Assembly: GCF_006345805.1 (NCBI RefSeq)
Contig: NC_042999.1
Location: forward strand, 158,534,001-158,598,000
Origin: Octopus sinensis
Lineage: Eukaryota
Direction of reading: 5' to 3'
DNA length: 64,000 bases
Below are positions 12,655 to 24,994 of this stretch, in pieces (position 1 is the stretch's first letter; each line of letters begins with the position of its first letter). The notes beneath the pieces were generated by a model. That model searched no databases. It was not told the DNA's origin and saw nothing but the letters and a program-made list of their open reading frames with translations. The translations under genes were made by a program, and so were the position numbers.

Positions 12655-13037
12655 AGCCAAATCGGGACAGATATTTTTCACGAGGCATTCACGTCCATGC
12701 CTCGCCAATATCTGACCTAAAATTTTCAAATCGTCGCACTCGCGCCAAATTTATCGGCAGCAAATAAATATAAGCCGCCGATTCCATTACGGAACCAACC
12801 AGAAAATTCATAATTAATATAGGGAGGCAAAAAAATTTTGTAGAATTCTTTTGCCCCCAGCGGCCTAGTGGGAAAAAATTAAATAGTCATAAACCATTTT
12901 TAAGTTCAATATCACAATCAAGGAACGGCCATAATAGGCCATTCACCCACTAGAAATAACAGCCAAAAAGCTTCAACCGCAAAATAACATTAATTCCGTA
13001 AACCAGGAGAAAATTAAAAAAAAACATTTACCCTGAA

Positions 13038-13144
13038 ATTCCTTATACGATGCACCGTTTCGTCTACTGTTTAATGGCAAACTAACCTGATTAAATTAAA
13101 TCAAGCCAATCTACCATAGGCCCTTAGATTCATCAGTAAGGAAT
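13038..13144 (-). ncRNA. Type I hammerhead ribozyme fold, unit 2
   Basis: Same sequence as unit 1. Confidence 0.75.
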
Positions 13145-13527
13145 AGCCAAATCGGGACAGATATTTTTCACGAGGCATTCACGTCCATGCCTCGCCAATA
13201 TCTGACCTAAAATTTTCAAATCGTCGCACTCGCGCCAAATTTATCGGCAGCAAATAAATATAAGCCGCCGATTCCATTACGGAACCAACCAGAAAATTCA
13301 TAATTAATATAGGGAGGCAAAAAAATTTTGTAGAATTCTTTTGCCCCCAGCGGCCTAGTGGGAAAAAATTAAATAGTCATAAACCATTTTTAAGTTCAAT
13401 ATCACAATCAAGGAACGGCCATAATAGGCCATTCACCCACTAGAAATAACAGCCAAAAAGCTTCAACCGCAAAATAACATTAATTCCGTAAACCAGGAGA
13501 AAATTAAAAAAAAACATTTACCCTGAA

Positions 13528-13634
13528 ATTCCTTATACGATGCACCGTTTCGTCTACTGTTTAATGGCAAACTAACCTGATTAAATTAAATCAAGCCAAT
13601 CTACCATAGGCCCTTAGATTCATCAGTAAGGAAT
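13528..13634 (-). ncRNA. Type I hammerhead ribozyme fold, unit 3
   Basis: Same sequence as unit 1. Confidence 0.75.
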
Positions 13635-14015
13635 AGCCAAATCGGGACAGATATTTTTCACGAGGCATTCACGTCCATGCCTCGCCAATATCTGACCTAA
13701 AATTTTCAAATCGTCGCACTCGCGCCAAATTTATCGGCAGCAAATAAATATAAGCCGCCGATTCCATTACGGAACCAACCAGAAAATTCATAATTAATAT
13801 AGGGAGGCAAAAAAATTTTGTAGAATTCTTTTGCCCCCAGCGGCCTAGTGGGAAAAAATTAAATAGTCATAAACCATTTTTAAGTTCAATATCACAATCA
13901 AGGAACGGCCATAATAGGCCATTCACCCACTAGAAATAACAGCCAAAAAGCTTCAACCGCAAAATAACATTAATTCCGTAAACCAGGAGAAAATTAAAAA
14001 AAAAATTTACCTGAA

Positions 14016-14123
14016 ATTCCTTATACGATGCACCGTTCGTCGTTACTGTTTAATGGCAAACTAACCTGATTAAATTAAATCAAGCCAATCTACCATAGGC
14101 CCTTAGATTCATCAGTAAGGAAT
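14016..14123 (-). ncRNA. Hammerhead fold, unit 4, core damaged (GAAAC to GAAC)
   Basis: Plus strand reads caccgttcgtcgttactg instead of caccgtttcgtctactg; either a mutation or a sequencing error. Confidence 0.45.
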
Positions 14124-14685
14124 AGCCAAATCGGGACAGATATTTTTCACGAGGCATTCACGTCCATGCCTCGCCAATATCTGACCTAAAATTTTCAAAT
14201 CGTCGCACTCGCGCCAAATTTATCGGCAGCAATATAAATATAAGCCGCCGATTCCATTACGGAACCAACCAGAAAATTCATAATTAATATAGGGAGGCAA
14301 AAAAATTTTGTAGAATTCTTTTGCCCCCAGCGGCCTAGTGGGAAAAAATTAAATAGTCATAAACCATTTTTAAGTTCAATATCACAATCAAGGAACGGCC
14401 ATAATAGGCCATTCACCCACTAGAAATAACAGCCAAAAAGCTTCAACCGCAAAATAACATTAATTCCGTAAACCAGGAGAAAATTAAAAAAAACATTTAC
14501 CCTGAAATTCCTTATACGATGCACCGTTTCGTCTACTGTTTAATGGCAAACTAACCTGATTAAATTAAATCAAGCCAATCTACCATCTTCTCCATCGCGA
14601 GTGCGACGATTTGAAAATTTTAGGTCAGATATTGGCGAGGCATGGACGTGAATGCCTCGTGAAAAATATCTGTCCCGATTTGGCT

Positions 14686-14792
14686 ATTCCTTACTGATGA
14701 ATCTAAGGGCCTATGGTAGATTGGCTTGATTTAATTTAATCAGGTTAGTTTGCCATTAAACAGTAGACGAAACGGTGCATCGTATAAGGAAT
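14686..14792 (+). ncRNA. Type I hammerhead ribozyme fold in the inverted unit
   Basis: attcctta (14686-14693), ctgatga (14694-14700), gaa (14769-14771), acggtgcatcgt (14772-14783), a17 (14784), taaggaat (14785-14792). Confidence 0.75.
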
Positions 14793-15019
14793 TTCAGGGT
14801 AAATGTTTTTTTTTAATTTTCTCCTGGTTTACGGAATTAATGTTATTTTGCGGTTGAAGCTTTTTGGCTGTTATTTCTAGTGGGTGAATGGCCTATTATG
14901 GCCGTTCCTTGATTGTGATATTGAACTTAAAAATGGTTTATGACTATTTAATTTTTTCCCACTAGGCCGCTGGGGGCAAAAGAATTCTACAAAATTTTTT
15001 TGCCTCCCTATATTAATTA

Positions 15020-15090
<71 letters not shown>

Positions 15091-15118
15091 GTTTATATAT
15101 ATATATATATATATACAA

Positions 15119-15169
<51 letters not shown>

Positions 15170-15174
15170 TATAC

Positions 15175-15237
<63 letters not shown>

Positions 15238-16011
15238 TAAGTTGGCTAGATGCAAGGAGACTTCCTCTCTAAAAGAGGACGAAAGGTGCAGTGAGCACCA
15301 GCATTGCTAGAAATAGCAACTGAAAACACATTTGCTATTTACTGACAGGAGAGACAACCTCCCCGCCACAATGGAGTGGCATTAGATTGACATGCCAATT
15401 TCGCATAGAATTTAATGTATCGTGAAGTGAAATTCTACCCCGTCAGCATATAGCGATTTTACCATAGTGATCAGTAGCTGACCTGTATGAAATAATTGCT
15501 CCTATTTGGTTATTGTTTCTCTCTCAAATATAAAATATTATATCGACCATACAATTTCGCAATCTATATTCATATGGGACATATTTTCTTTATAAAGAGC
15601 TACAAATGTATTGTGAATCTAAGAATTATATTTAAATGCATTGTGATGTGTAATCAAAATTCATGTTTATTCAGAAATATGCCAAAAAAGATTAGGGAGA
15701 AGATGGAAAGCAGGATTAAGAAAGAGTACGAGTGAAAATGGCAATAATTTTGTTCTTGTGTGAGACATTGTTAATAAATCATTCCCTTTTATTGATATAT
15801 TGTTTTCTCAAATTTAAAGGAAGTGATAACTCGTTTACTTTTGCTGAGATAGCACTGAATAATCGATGGTAACATACGATAGTTACAGCATTACGTCCCT
15901 CTAGACTCAGAGCATCCACAATATAAGAGATAACGAAAATCTGAAAGGCAAATCACTTTCTAAAATCCAAGTGAAATAAGTGAAGACTATATGATGAATA
16001 AACAGAACCGT

Positions 16012-16339
16012 GTTATTATTATTATTATTATTTTCTCTTTATCGCAGGTTTTGTTTCAGCGTAGCGCGCTTACCACCTGCATCTCACGCTACCATACTAT
16101 TCGTTCTTTTCAGCTATCTAATACTTTCCTGATTATTCTGGCCGAGCTAAGGAGAAAACCTTTTGTAACAGTTCTACTGGCCACTCTATACAAATTCCCT
16201 TCACATTCCCCTAGATGACTTCTGATACTGTCCCTAAGGACCCAACAATAATTCGCACTGTCTTGACCATCATTTTCCATATCCTGACTATATCATAGTT
16301 AAGAAGGTTCTATCTATCTATCTACCTATCTATCTATCT

Positions 16340-16406
<67 letters not shown>

Positions 16407-16408
16407 GC

Positions 16409-16468
<60 letters not shown>

Positions 16469-16499
16469 ATATCTATCTATCTATCTATCTATCAGTCTG

Positions 16500-16557
<58 letters not shown>

Positions 16558-16563
16558 AGTCTG

Positions 16564-16598
<35 letters not shown>

Positions 16599-17160
16599 AT
16601 CTATCTATCTATCTATCTATCTATCAGTCTGTCTATCTATCTATCTCTATCTGTCTATCAATCTTTTCACCTTCCTTCTTGACTATTCATGAGTCAGAGG
16701 GGCATGCAACGTCAACTATATATCATATGTGATGCATCTTGTCCACCACCACTAGGTCCGGTCTGTTATGCCCTAGCACCTGATCTGCTTGGATTGGGAA
16801 ATCCCAGAGGATTTTGCTAGTCTCCGTCTCTGCCACTCTGCTGTTTGCACTCATAACACGGCTTGCCTCTCTCTATCCCCCACTTTTCGCAGTTTCTAAT
16901 GTAGCACTTTCGCTATCTGATCGTGTCGCCACAACTTGTAGTGGTTTAGGGCAAGTCTAGGGCATTCGTTCGTGATATGCCAGTATAGTCGTCTCTGTCT
17001 GCTTTTTTAGGGTTCCTTTCATCAGCCATTCCCACCTATTTTTCCCAGCAACTTCTGTTGTGGCTATATGGAATTGACTGTGTAGTCCTTTCTTGCGTAA
17101 TTTTTCTTCATGTCTTTTTTGTACTTCTCCCTTTGTTTTCCCTTTTCCTCTATACTCTCA
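16012..17160 (-). mobile_element. R4/Dong-like LINE copy 4, 5'-truncated, split by a (CTAT)n expansion at ~16310-16665
   Basis: GLHSQF..RWEWLMKGTLKKQTETTILA; WRHDQIAKVLH; ILWDFPIQADQVLGHNRPDLVVVDK..IVDVACP; [26 protein letters not shown]; (TAA)n tail at ~16012-16030. Confidence 0.85.
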
Positions 17161-17560
17161 ACACTCCCTCGTTATTCCCATCACAAATATCAGTCGTTGG
17201 CTAAAATCACCCAAATACGACAACTTTAACACGAAATAGCTTCTAAAATACGAAACTTTGTCATAAATGTTCAAAGTAAACCGTGTTCTGGGTGAGAAAT
17301 TTCACCAGTATAAAAAGTTCCAAACTGTTTAGTTAAAAAAATAATCAAAAAATCTGTGCGACGAACTGAAGAGATCCTATATGTGCAATTTATACGAGTA
17401 CTGCTAGAATATTATTAATAGTACTGTCATATGAGTGAACCTTAGTTGTATGATTCATCAATGTTACATTGTTTTCATTTCTCTCCAGGATGAAGTTCTA
17501 CAGTATTTATAGACTACAGAGTAAAATAAAATTAGTTATGTCAACTTTAAATATCGTTAC

Positions 17561-17584
17561 CTGAAGACTTAATATTTTATGTTC
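17561..17584 (-). CDS. Candidate 24-nt microexon (EHKILSLQ)
   Basis: Acceptor tcttacatatttctctcacAG and donor CAG|GTAACG; open phase 0-0; unique sequence. No homology evidence. Confidence 0.35.
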
Positions 17585-17794
17585 CTGTGAGAGAAATATG
17601 TAAGAGTAGATACATTTGTACACTATAATCAATTTGTTCTTTCCAAAAATTATGGTATGTGTGTATATGTGTAAAGCACTCCATGTCGGGACGCTGCCTT
17701 CAATGTTATAGCCATAATTCAACTGCTATTTCTAATGTACGTAGTATTTGTGTATGTTTCTGTCTGTCTTTTGAAACATGTATTTCATTCTCTT

Positions 17795-18209
17795 TACTCT
17801 TTACTCTTTACTCTTTTACTTGTTTCAGTCATTTGACTGCGGCCATGCTGGAGCACCGCCTTTAGTCGAGCAAATCGACCCCGGGACTTATTCTTTTGTA
17901 AGCCCAGTACTTATTCTATCGGTCTCTTTTACCGAACCGCTAAGTGACGGAGACATAAACACACCAGCATCGGTTGTCAAGCAATGCTAGGGGAACAAAC
18001 ACAGACACACAAACACACACACATACACATATATATACATATATACGACAGGCTTTTTTCAGTTTCCGTCTACCAAATCCACTCACAAGGCTTTGGTTGG
18101 CCCGAGGCTATAGCAGAAGACACTTGCCCAAGATGCCACGCAGTGGGACTGAACCCGGAACCATGTGGTTGGTTAGCAAGCTACTTACCACACAGCCACT
18201 CCTGCGCCT
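17795..18209 (-). mobile_element. SINE family A, full length
   Basis: tRNA-like head (ggcgcaggagtggctgtgtggtaag...ggttccgggttcagtccc on the minus strand), CA/TA linker, 3' domain, (aaaagagt)n tail. Confidence 0.9.
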
Positions 18210-18952
18210 GGATGAAATTTATAAATATTTTATTCTATCGCTACAACCCCTTCGAAATTCATCGTGGATGAGAATAATGCTTCTATGGAATAAATAAAAT
18301 TATGAACAGTGAATATATTCAAATATATGGTATATTTCATGTATATCTATGATAATTTAACTCGACCAATTTGCGAGGCCAACGTACAATTTAGGATATT
18401 TTACTCTCAATGATTTTACGCCCGCGAGATGATGTGTCACCTCACTGGGACCAACGAATGTAACATTCTTACGAATATACAATTTCAATAATAGACAGAC
18501 AGCATTCATGCAATATCATTATATCCATCTGTTAATATTAATTTTGCTGTAGGGATTTATCTAATGATGACCGGCTCTCTTCAAAGATTCCTGGACACGT
18601 TTTATTTATTGAAATCTTTTAAATTCCTCCAAAAGTTCCTTGTGCGGCTTGTAATAGTATATCTGGTTGTTCATCATTGGCATCAAACAAACTGAGAAAG
18701 TCAATTCACAGACAAAATGTCTGATGATCCATCTGCAGCTTGTTTATCTGCCCTTAGTTTATTTTGAGTGGTTATATAATGTTTGGGTCGCCAGGAAGAA
18801 ACAGAGTGGAAATAGGATAAAGTTTTGTAATTTCCACTTTTTCTTGAATCTACATGATTGTTTGTGATTTACTAATGACCTGCGTGGTATACCTTTTAAT
18901 CATTTGTACCTACACATGCATCTTATTTCTAGGCTCTGTGTGTACAGATGGC

Positions 18953-20744
18953 TTTTTTATTATCTAGATAGGATTTAAACTAGATAGGATTTAAACATCG
19001 ATAAATTTAAATATCAAAAATGTATCTGATTGTGAAAGAATTAATCCGAGTTTCTAGGAAACCGAAGCTTCCTACAGTGTCACGTCCAATTAGACTTTTC
19101 TCGAATTTGTAATTTCATCTAAGTCGCTCAGTACCATTTCGTCCTTCTTCTCCAGTCTCCTGTTATTGGTGGGTTTATAAGTAATTGATTGCATACTAAT
19201 ACATCAACGTGAACCTTTATACCGTTTTATTTTTCCCTTCTAGATATAAATTAATTTTATTTCTCCAAACGCTTATTTATCCTGTAGGATTATTGCAGGT
19301 TAGACTTTGTAAGCTGTACGAAGGAAGATGATGGATTTGAACATGTTAAATTTGAAGTTTTCTTTTTATTTTTGACTGGAGTGTGTCGAACAAAATAATA
19401 ATTGAGGTGGTAGACACCAAACCGAAGAAATAGTTTCTGGTTACAGAAGCACGCATTAATCAGGACATGTCTATACATTGAGATGTATGTTAAATTCTGT
19501 TGTCCTAATGTGTAGCTAGACTAACATTTCTCAAGCATATCGTCTCTTAGCAAAGACCAAATAAGGTATTTAACATTCTGAGTGATGTTAGGTGCTTCCA
19601 GGTCTTTATCAGTCTGTGAGCAATATGGTCGTTGGTACGTCAAACCTTTCTTTCTATAGAATATTAGCAATGGAGAAGACGATAGAGTTCTTAGAGAGAT
19701 ACTCAACCGCCACAAAGTTCAACTAAGTAATTGATTCTAGAAGATTACCCCACTGATAATGTAAACATTAGTAGCATCATCGGAACGTTACCGAATCGAG
19801 ATAATCTCAATTGATAGTAAAGTGCTGCCTGCAGGAATTGTCCAAAATGCGCATAGGGCGAGAAAACCGTTCCGCATGCACTCATTCAAGGTCCAACACT
19901 GCTGAACTACGGGGTTGTGTCGAATATTTGTTTTTGCTGTAGAAAGGATCAACTATCAGCCGAATACGTCGTAAAGATCACTATACATTCTACCTTCGAT
20001 TGGAATTAGCTGGTAGTTTTTGTCTGCCACATAGCTATGGTAAGAGTGATTTTAAATGAAATAAAACGAAAAGAACTGAGGATATAATCTTTCTTGCTTT
20101 AGTATTTGCTATCATGTTCTTTTATCATTTCCCATATTTCCTGTTATTATTATGAATATTTCTATTTTTAACCCGACATTCAGATTATCTTTGTATTTTA
20201 ATAATTTCAGCATTTTCTTTGAGGTTGCCTTCATCATTTGTTGGAACTGATACAAGGATTAGAAGGCTTTTCTATTTGTAGCGATACTTAACAAAGCCCT
20301 GTCGATTAACCTTTATCTCCCTATGTGTATTGGCTTATTCCGGAGATTGTCTCTTTTGTCAATTTCTGAGACCTTTTATGGTGTAAGCCTATTCTAACGC
20401 ATTTCTGTTGTTATATTATAAAACTGCTATAAAATCCAAAGTTTGCAATTCCCAAATCTGCCATGCCAATAGCTACATTTTGCATTAGCTCAGACTACGC
20501 AACCAGAGAAAATGTAATTCTCTGTTTCTTCTCTATCATTACATCCTCTGCAGTTACTGTTTCAGCTTCATTTCACGCTACTGCTTTTTTATAGTAAGAA
20601 AGCAGAATGTGGAGGTTAGTTCAATAATTAAAGGTTTTATGCACAATTATTTGTGTGGGCTTAAATCTAAAGTGAAACTTTGCGTAAATGTTAAAAGCAT
20701 TCTTAATATAAAGTTAGGAAACCAAAAATAGTTATGTGAATGGG

Positions 20745-20779
<35 letters not shown>

Positions 20780-21143
20780 TATATTGTCTATATCATTAGC
20801 CACCTAGCCATATAAGTCATATAGATTTGAAACTACAAGGGTCAAATCAGGATTTGTAAGGTGTTATTTTCCAACAGTAAAACAACAACAAAAAACTGAA
20901 ATGGAGTAGAATATAGAGAAAAGAAATTCAATCATGTGTATCAATTGCGAAATAGGTTTCTCGTTTTGAATAATCCTAAGATGAAATTACAAATTCGAGA
21001 AAAGTCTAATTGGACGTGACACTGTAGGAAGATTCGGTTTCCTAGAAACTCGGATTAATTCTTTCACAATCAGATAAATTTTTGATATTTAAGTTTATCG
21101 ATATATTCTAGAATAGTTTAAATCCCATCTAGATAATAAAAAA
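18953..21143. repeat. ~170-bp inverted repeat pair (18953-19121 and 20977-21143)
   Basis: ttttttattatctagat...tagacttttctcgaatttgtaatttcatct and its reverse complement, with a few substitutions; no TSD seen. Confidence 0.9.
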
Positions 21144-21641
21144 AATATTTGAATTTAAGGAATAACAATTTGAAAATTCCATAATCTTATTCTGCCAATT
21201 ATTCTGCCATAATCTTATTCTGCCATTTTTTTCTCCATGTTAACGAAGAACCAGTTGTGCACGCCAGAAAATAATCTCGAAAACCAACGCAGGTCTCTCG
21301 TATCACGAATTTGTCTAATTATATGGGATAAAGGAATGCTGCAGAGTGAAGCAGTTCGCTCCAAAAGTACGTGGTTTCGGGTTTAACTTCACCACGCAGC
21401 ACATTGTCATTTAACTATAAGTGTCTTCTACTAGGGTCTCAGACTTTGCATGTTCTGGGAGTGATGGCGCGTGGGTGTGTGTGGGTGGTGGTGGGGGTGA
21501 ATGCGTGTGTGTGCGTGTGTGCGTCGGCTTCTGTATGTCTATATATGTGTGTGCGTGTGTGTATGTACTGGAATTGTTCATAATTACATGTATTTATCTT
21601 TATGGATTTCTGTATATCCTGATTTCATTGTGATGTGCCCC

Positions 21642-21674
<33 letters not shown>

Positions 21675-22045
21675 TATATATATGTATAAAAATATATATA
21701 TACATATATATATATATACATATATATGTATATATATATATCTTTTCATTTGTCTTGCTCGCTTACGTTCTGGCGTTTGTTAAATTTTCTGAGAACATTT
21801 CTTTCTTAGTGGTAAGATGATAGGGGTCTACTTCTAGCATAATGGATGTCCACTTAGTGGTCATCCTCTTATTTGTATGTAATATATATAAACGCATTGA
21901 GTCGAACCAGGGGCAGCTGATGAAGGGGAATTTTCCTTGTATGTTTGTCCTGTACTCTGCTTTTTCGTTGTTAAAAAAAGTCCGTTGCCTTGTTTGATTT
22001 TATGTTTCGTGTCTCGTGTTCTACGTTTATTTGTGGTGTCTTGTA

Positions 22046-22110
<65 letters not shown>

Positions 22111-22235
22111 TTGTATATATACATATAGATGTAAGTATGTACATAGATGTATGTATATATGCATATATTTTATTTATTTATTATATTGTTATTATATGAC
22201 AGAACGCACGTGTGTTTCTCTTCTCCAAGTAAGTT

Positions 22236-22306
<71 letters not shown>

Positions 22307-22819
22307 GTCCTTCCATTCACACGGATGTACACACGCCTACATTATGTATATCTTGCGTGGGTAGTGACAGAAGTGTTGCAGTTATTTACTATGTATATTT
22401 TGTATTTTGTGTTGGCAATATTTCATTTATAAAAACAGATATTTGTTTCTGTCGTAAGTGTAGGTGTTAAATATACATGTGAATATATATATATATACAG
22501 TTATATATGATTGCATATGTATATGTATGGAGGTATATGTCTTTATATATATATATAAGTGTATGTTTTGGTCAGTATTCATAAACGCAGTTTTGTAACT
22601 GTTGTCATTTTACTTTCATTCCCTTAAATTAAAGGCTAGTCAATAGAGAAATTTACCATATGAACCATGCTTAAGAAAAACCACTGGTTCAATCTTGTAG
22701 GCTATTAAAGACGATATGGCTGTAATCCAATGACTGGAGCCAGTAAAGGAATAATTATGCAAATTAATGCATATAAGAGTTTATTTAACGTCGATCAGTG
22801 TGATCTTAAACACATCTCT

Positions 22820-23229
22820 CTTACTCTCTTACTTGTTTCAGTCATTTGACTGCGGCCATGCTGGAGCACCGCCTTTAGTCGAGCAAATCGACCCTGGGAC
22901 TTATTCTTTTGTAAGCCCAGTACTTATTCTATCGGTCTCTTTTGCCGAACCGCTAAATGACGGGGACGTAAACATACCAGCATCGGTTGTCAAGCAATGC
23001 TAGAGGGACAAACACAGACACACAAACATATACACACACATACATACATATATATACATATATACGACAGGCTTCTTTCAGTTTCCGTCTACCAAATCCA
23101 CTCACAAGGCTTTGGTCGGCCCGAGGCTATAGTAGAAGACACTTGCCCAAGATGCCACGCAGTGGAACTGAACCCGGAATCATGTGGTTGGTTAGCAAGC
23201 TACTTACCACACAGCCACTCCTCCGCCTA
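22820..23229 (-). mobile_element. SINE family A, full length
   Basis: Aligns to 17795-18209. Confidence 0.9.
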
Positions 23230-23896
23230 TAGTTTATAGTATATATACATCTATGTATTTTTTTAAATGAACGATTCGTAGTTTCTGTCAAGACAGCTGT
23301 AGCCTCATTCGTTCCTACGCACTTACACTTCGCTCCTAGTGAAACTGCACGTTTTCACACTCCCGCTCGACATAGTTGCAAAACAAAACTACTTTTCTGA
23401 AAGAAATATATATATATATCGATTTCTTTCGCATAACTGAAAGATCAATTTCTGAAAGCAATAGATATAGACAACGGCATCAATGAAATAAACTCCAGTG
23501 TGAAATTACTATTTATTTTATCGATCACAGACTGAGAAAGCTGATCCCGGTGATATTGAGAGGGATAAAATTAAATGCAGCAGAACACCTTAGGCATTAA
23601 TCTACTGATATACCCACTTTTGTTACTCTTAACATTTTCAGTAATCTTCTCTGAATCAGATGGCACACGCACAAACACATATACCCGCATACACAGCGAG
23701 CAGCAAGTAACTCATAAATGCTTACAGTGATTTATATCCAAGCCTATCCATGTATATAAACAAACACAATAAGAGATAGCTAACGATGAATGTTTCTTTT
23801 GACTATGAGTGTGTGTGTGTGGGACGTGTGGCTTAGAAATGTATCCATGTATATAGGTATGTAGATATATGTATTATACACACATACACACGCACG

Positions 23897-23939
<43 letters not shown>

Positions 23940-24144
23940 AGAATTCACGAAAACAAACAAAAGACGAAGACAGGTGGTGTAGAAAACAAATAGATGTATT
24001 AGTATGACGTTTCGAGCCTACGCTCTTCCAAAGAAAGGAACACAGAAAGAAACAAAGAGAGAAACAAGGAGAGAAAAAAATGTATGTAGTGGCTACCGAT
24101 CTATCATGCCGACTGCTATATATACACACACACACACACACATA

Positions 24145-24193
<49 letters not shown>

Positions 24194-24459
24194 AGGAGAG
24201 AGAGAGATACAGAGATATGTATATCAGGAAGGTATAGAATGGTTGTGTAGTTAAGAAATTAGTTTCATAGCCATATGCTTTTGAGTTCGCCACCATTAAA
24301 CGCTACGAGGGCAAATGCCTCCCGCCAGTTTCCAGGTAGATCGCAGACTGTGAAAGCTGATCCCGGTGCTAAATTTAGAGGAAGCAGAACACCTTAGGCA
24401 TTAATCTACTGATATACCCACTTTTGTTACTCCTAACATTTTTCAGTAGTGACACATAC

Positions 24460-24627
24460 ATACGACGGGTTTCTTTCAGTTTCCGTCTAACAAATCCACT
24501 CACAAGGCTTTGGTTGGTCCGAAACTATAATAGAAGACACTTGCCGAAGGTACCGCGCAGTGGGACTGAACCCGGAAACATGTGGTTGGTAAACAAGTTT
24601 CTTATGACACGGCCACGCCTGCTCCTA
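24460..24627 (-). mobile_element. SINE family A, 5' half only
   Basis: cgacgggtttctttcagtttccgtc...gggactgaacccggaaacatgtggttgg; no 3' domain in the same orientation. Confidence 0.8.
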
Positions 24628-24994
24628 TATATCACTGTACTACACATCTCATTACCCTGCATACACACACACACTCTCATATATGTGTATGTTTGTGGTT
24701 TGTTTGTGTGTGTGAGTGTGTATGTGTGTTTGTGTGTGAGTGCTTGTGTCTGTGTTTCTGTGTTTTTGCTTATATCCCACTACTGTTCGACAAATGTACG
24801 TCCTCGTAGATGAGCGATTCGCAGTTCAGCGAAAGTGATGGCCAAAATAAGTAGCAGGTTTAAAGCAATAACTACTGGTGTCGATTTGTCTGACCAAAAT
24901 TCTCGCAGGCGGTGACCCAGCAGGGCTGCACTCTAATGTCTAAAACAAGAGAAAGGTAAAGGATGGATGTATGTAGTTGTATGTGTGTATATGT

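Larger units (their letters stand above)
12420..15020. repeat. 490-bp tandem array (about 4.4 direct units plus a ~425-bp inverted unit), flanked by (TA)n
   Basis: Unit start atcacaatcaagg at 12420, 12911, 13401, 13891 and 14381. The direct run stops at ~14587, and ~14597-15020 is the reverse complement of the unit. Confidence 0.97.

Noticed and set aside
12420-15020. CRISPR-like array, rDNA or mitochondrial control-region insert
   Set aside because: Units are 490 bp with no unique spacers and no cas genes, and no rRNA, tRNA or mitochondrial gene sequence was recognised.
21910-21945. CUGAUGA followed by a hairpin (AGGGG-AAUUU-UCCUU)
   Set aside because: No GAAA box or stem III follows; at best a dead Penelope-end remnant.
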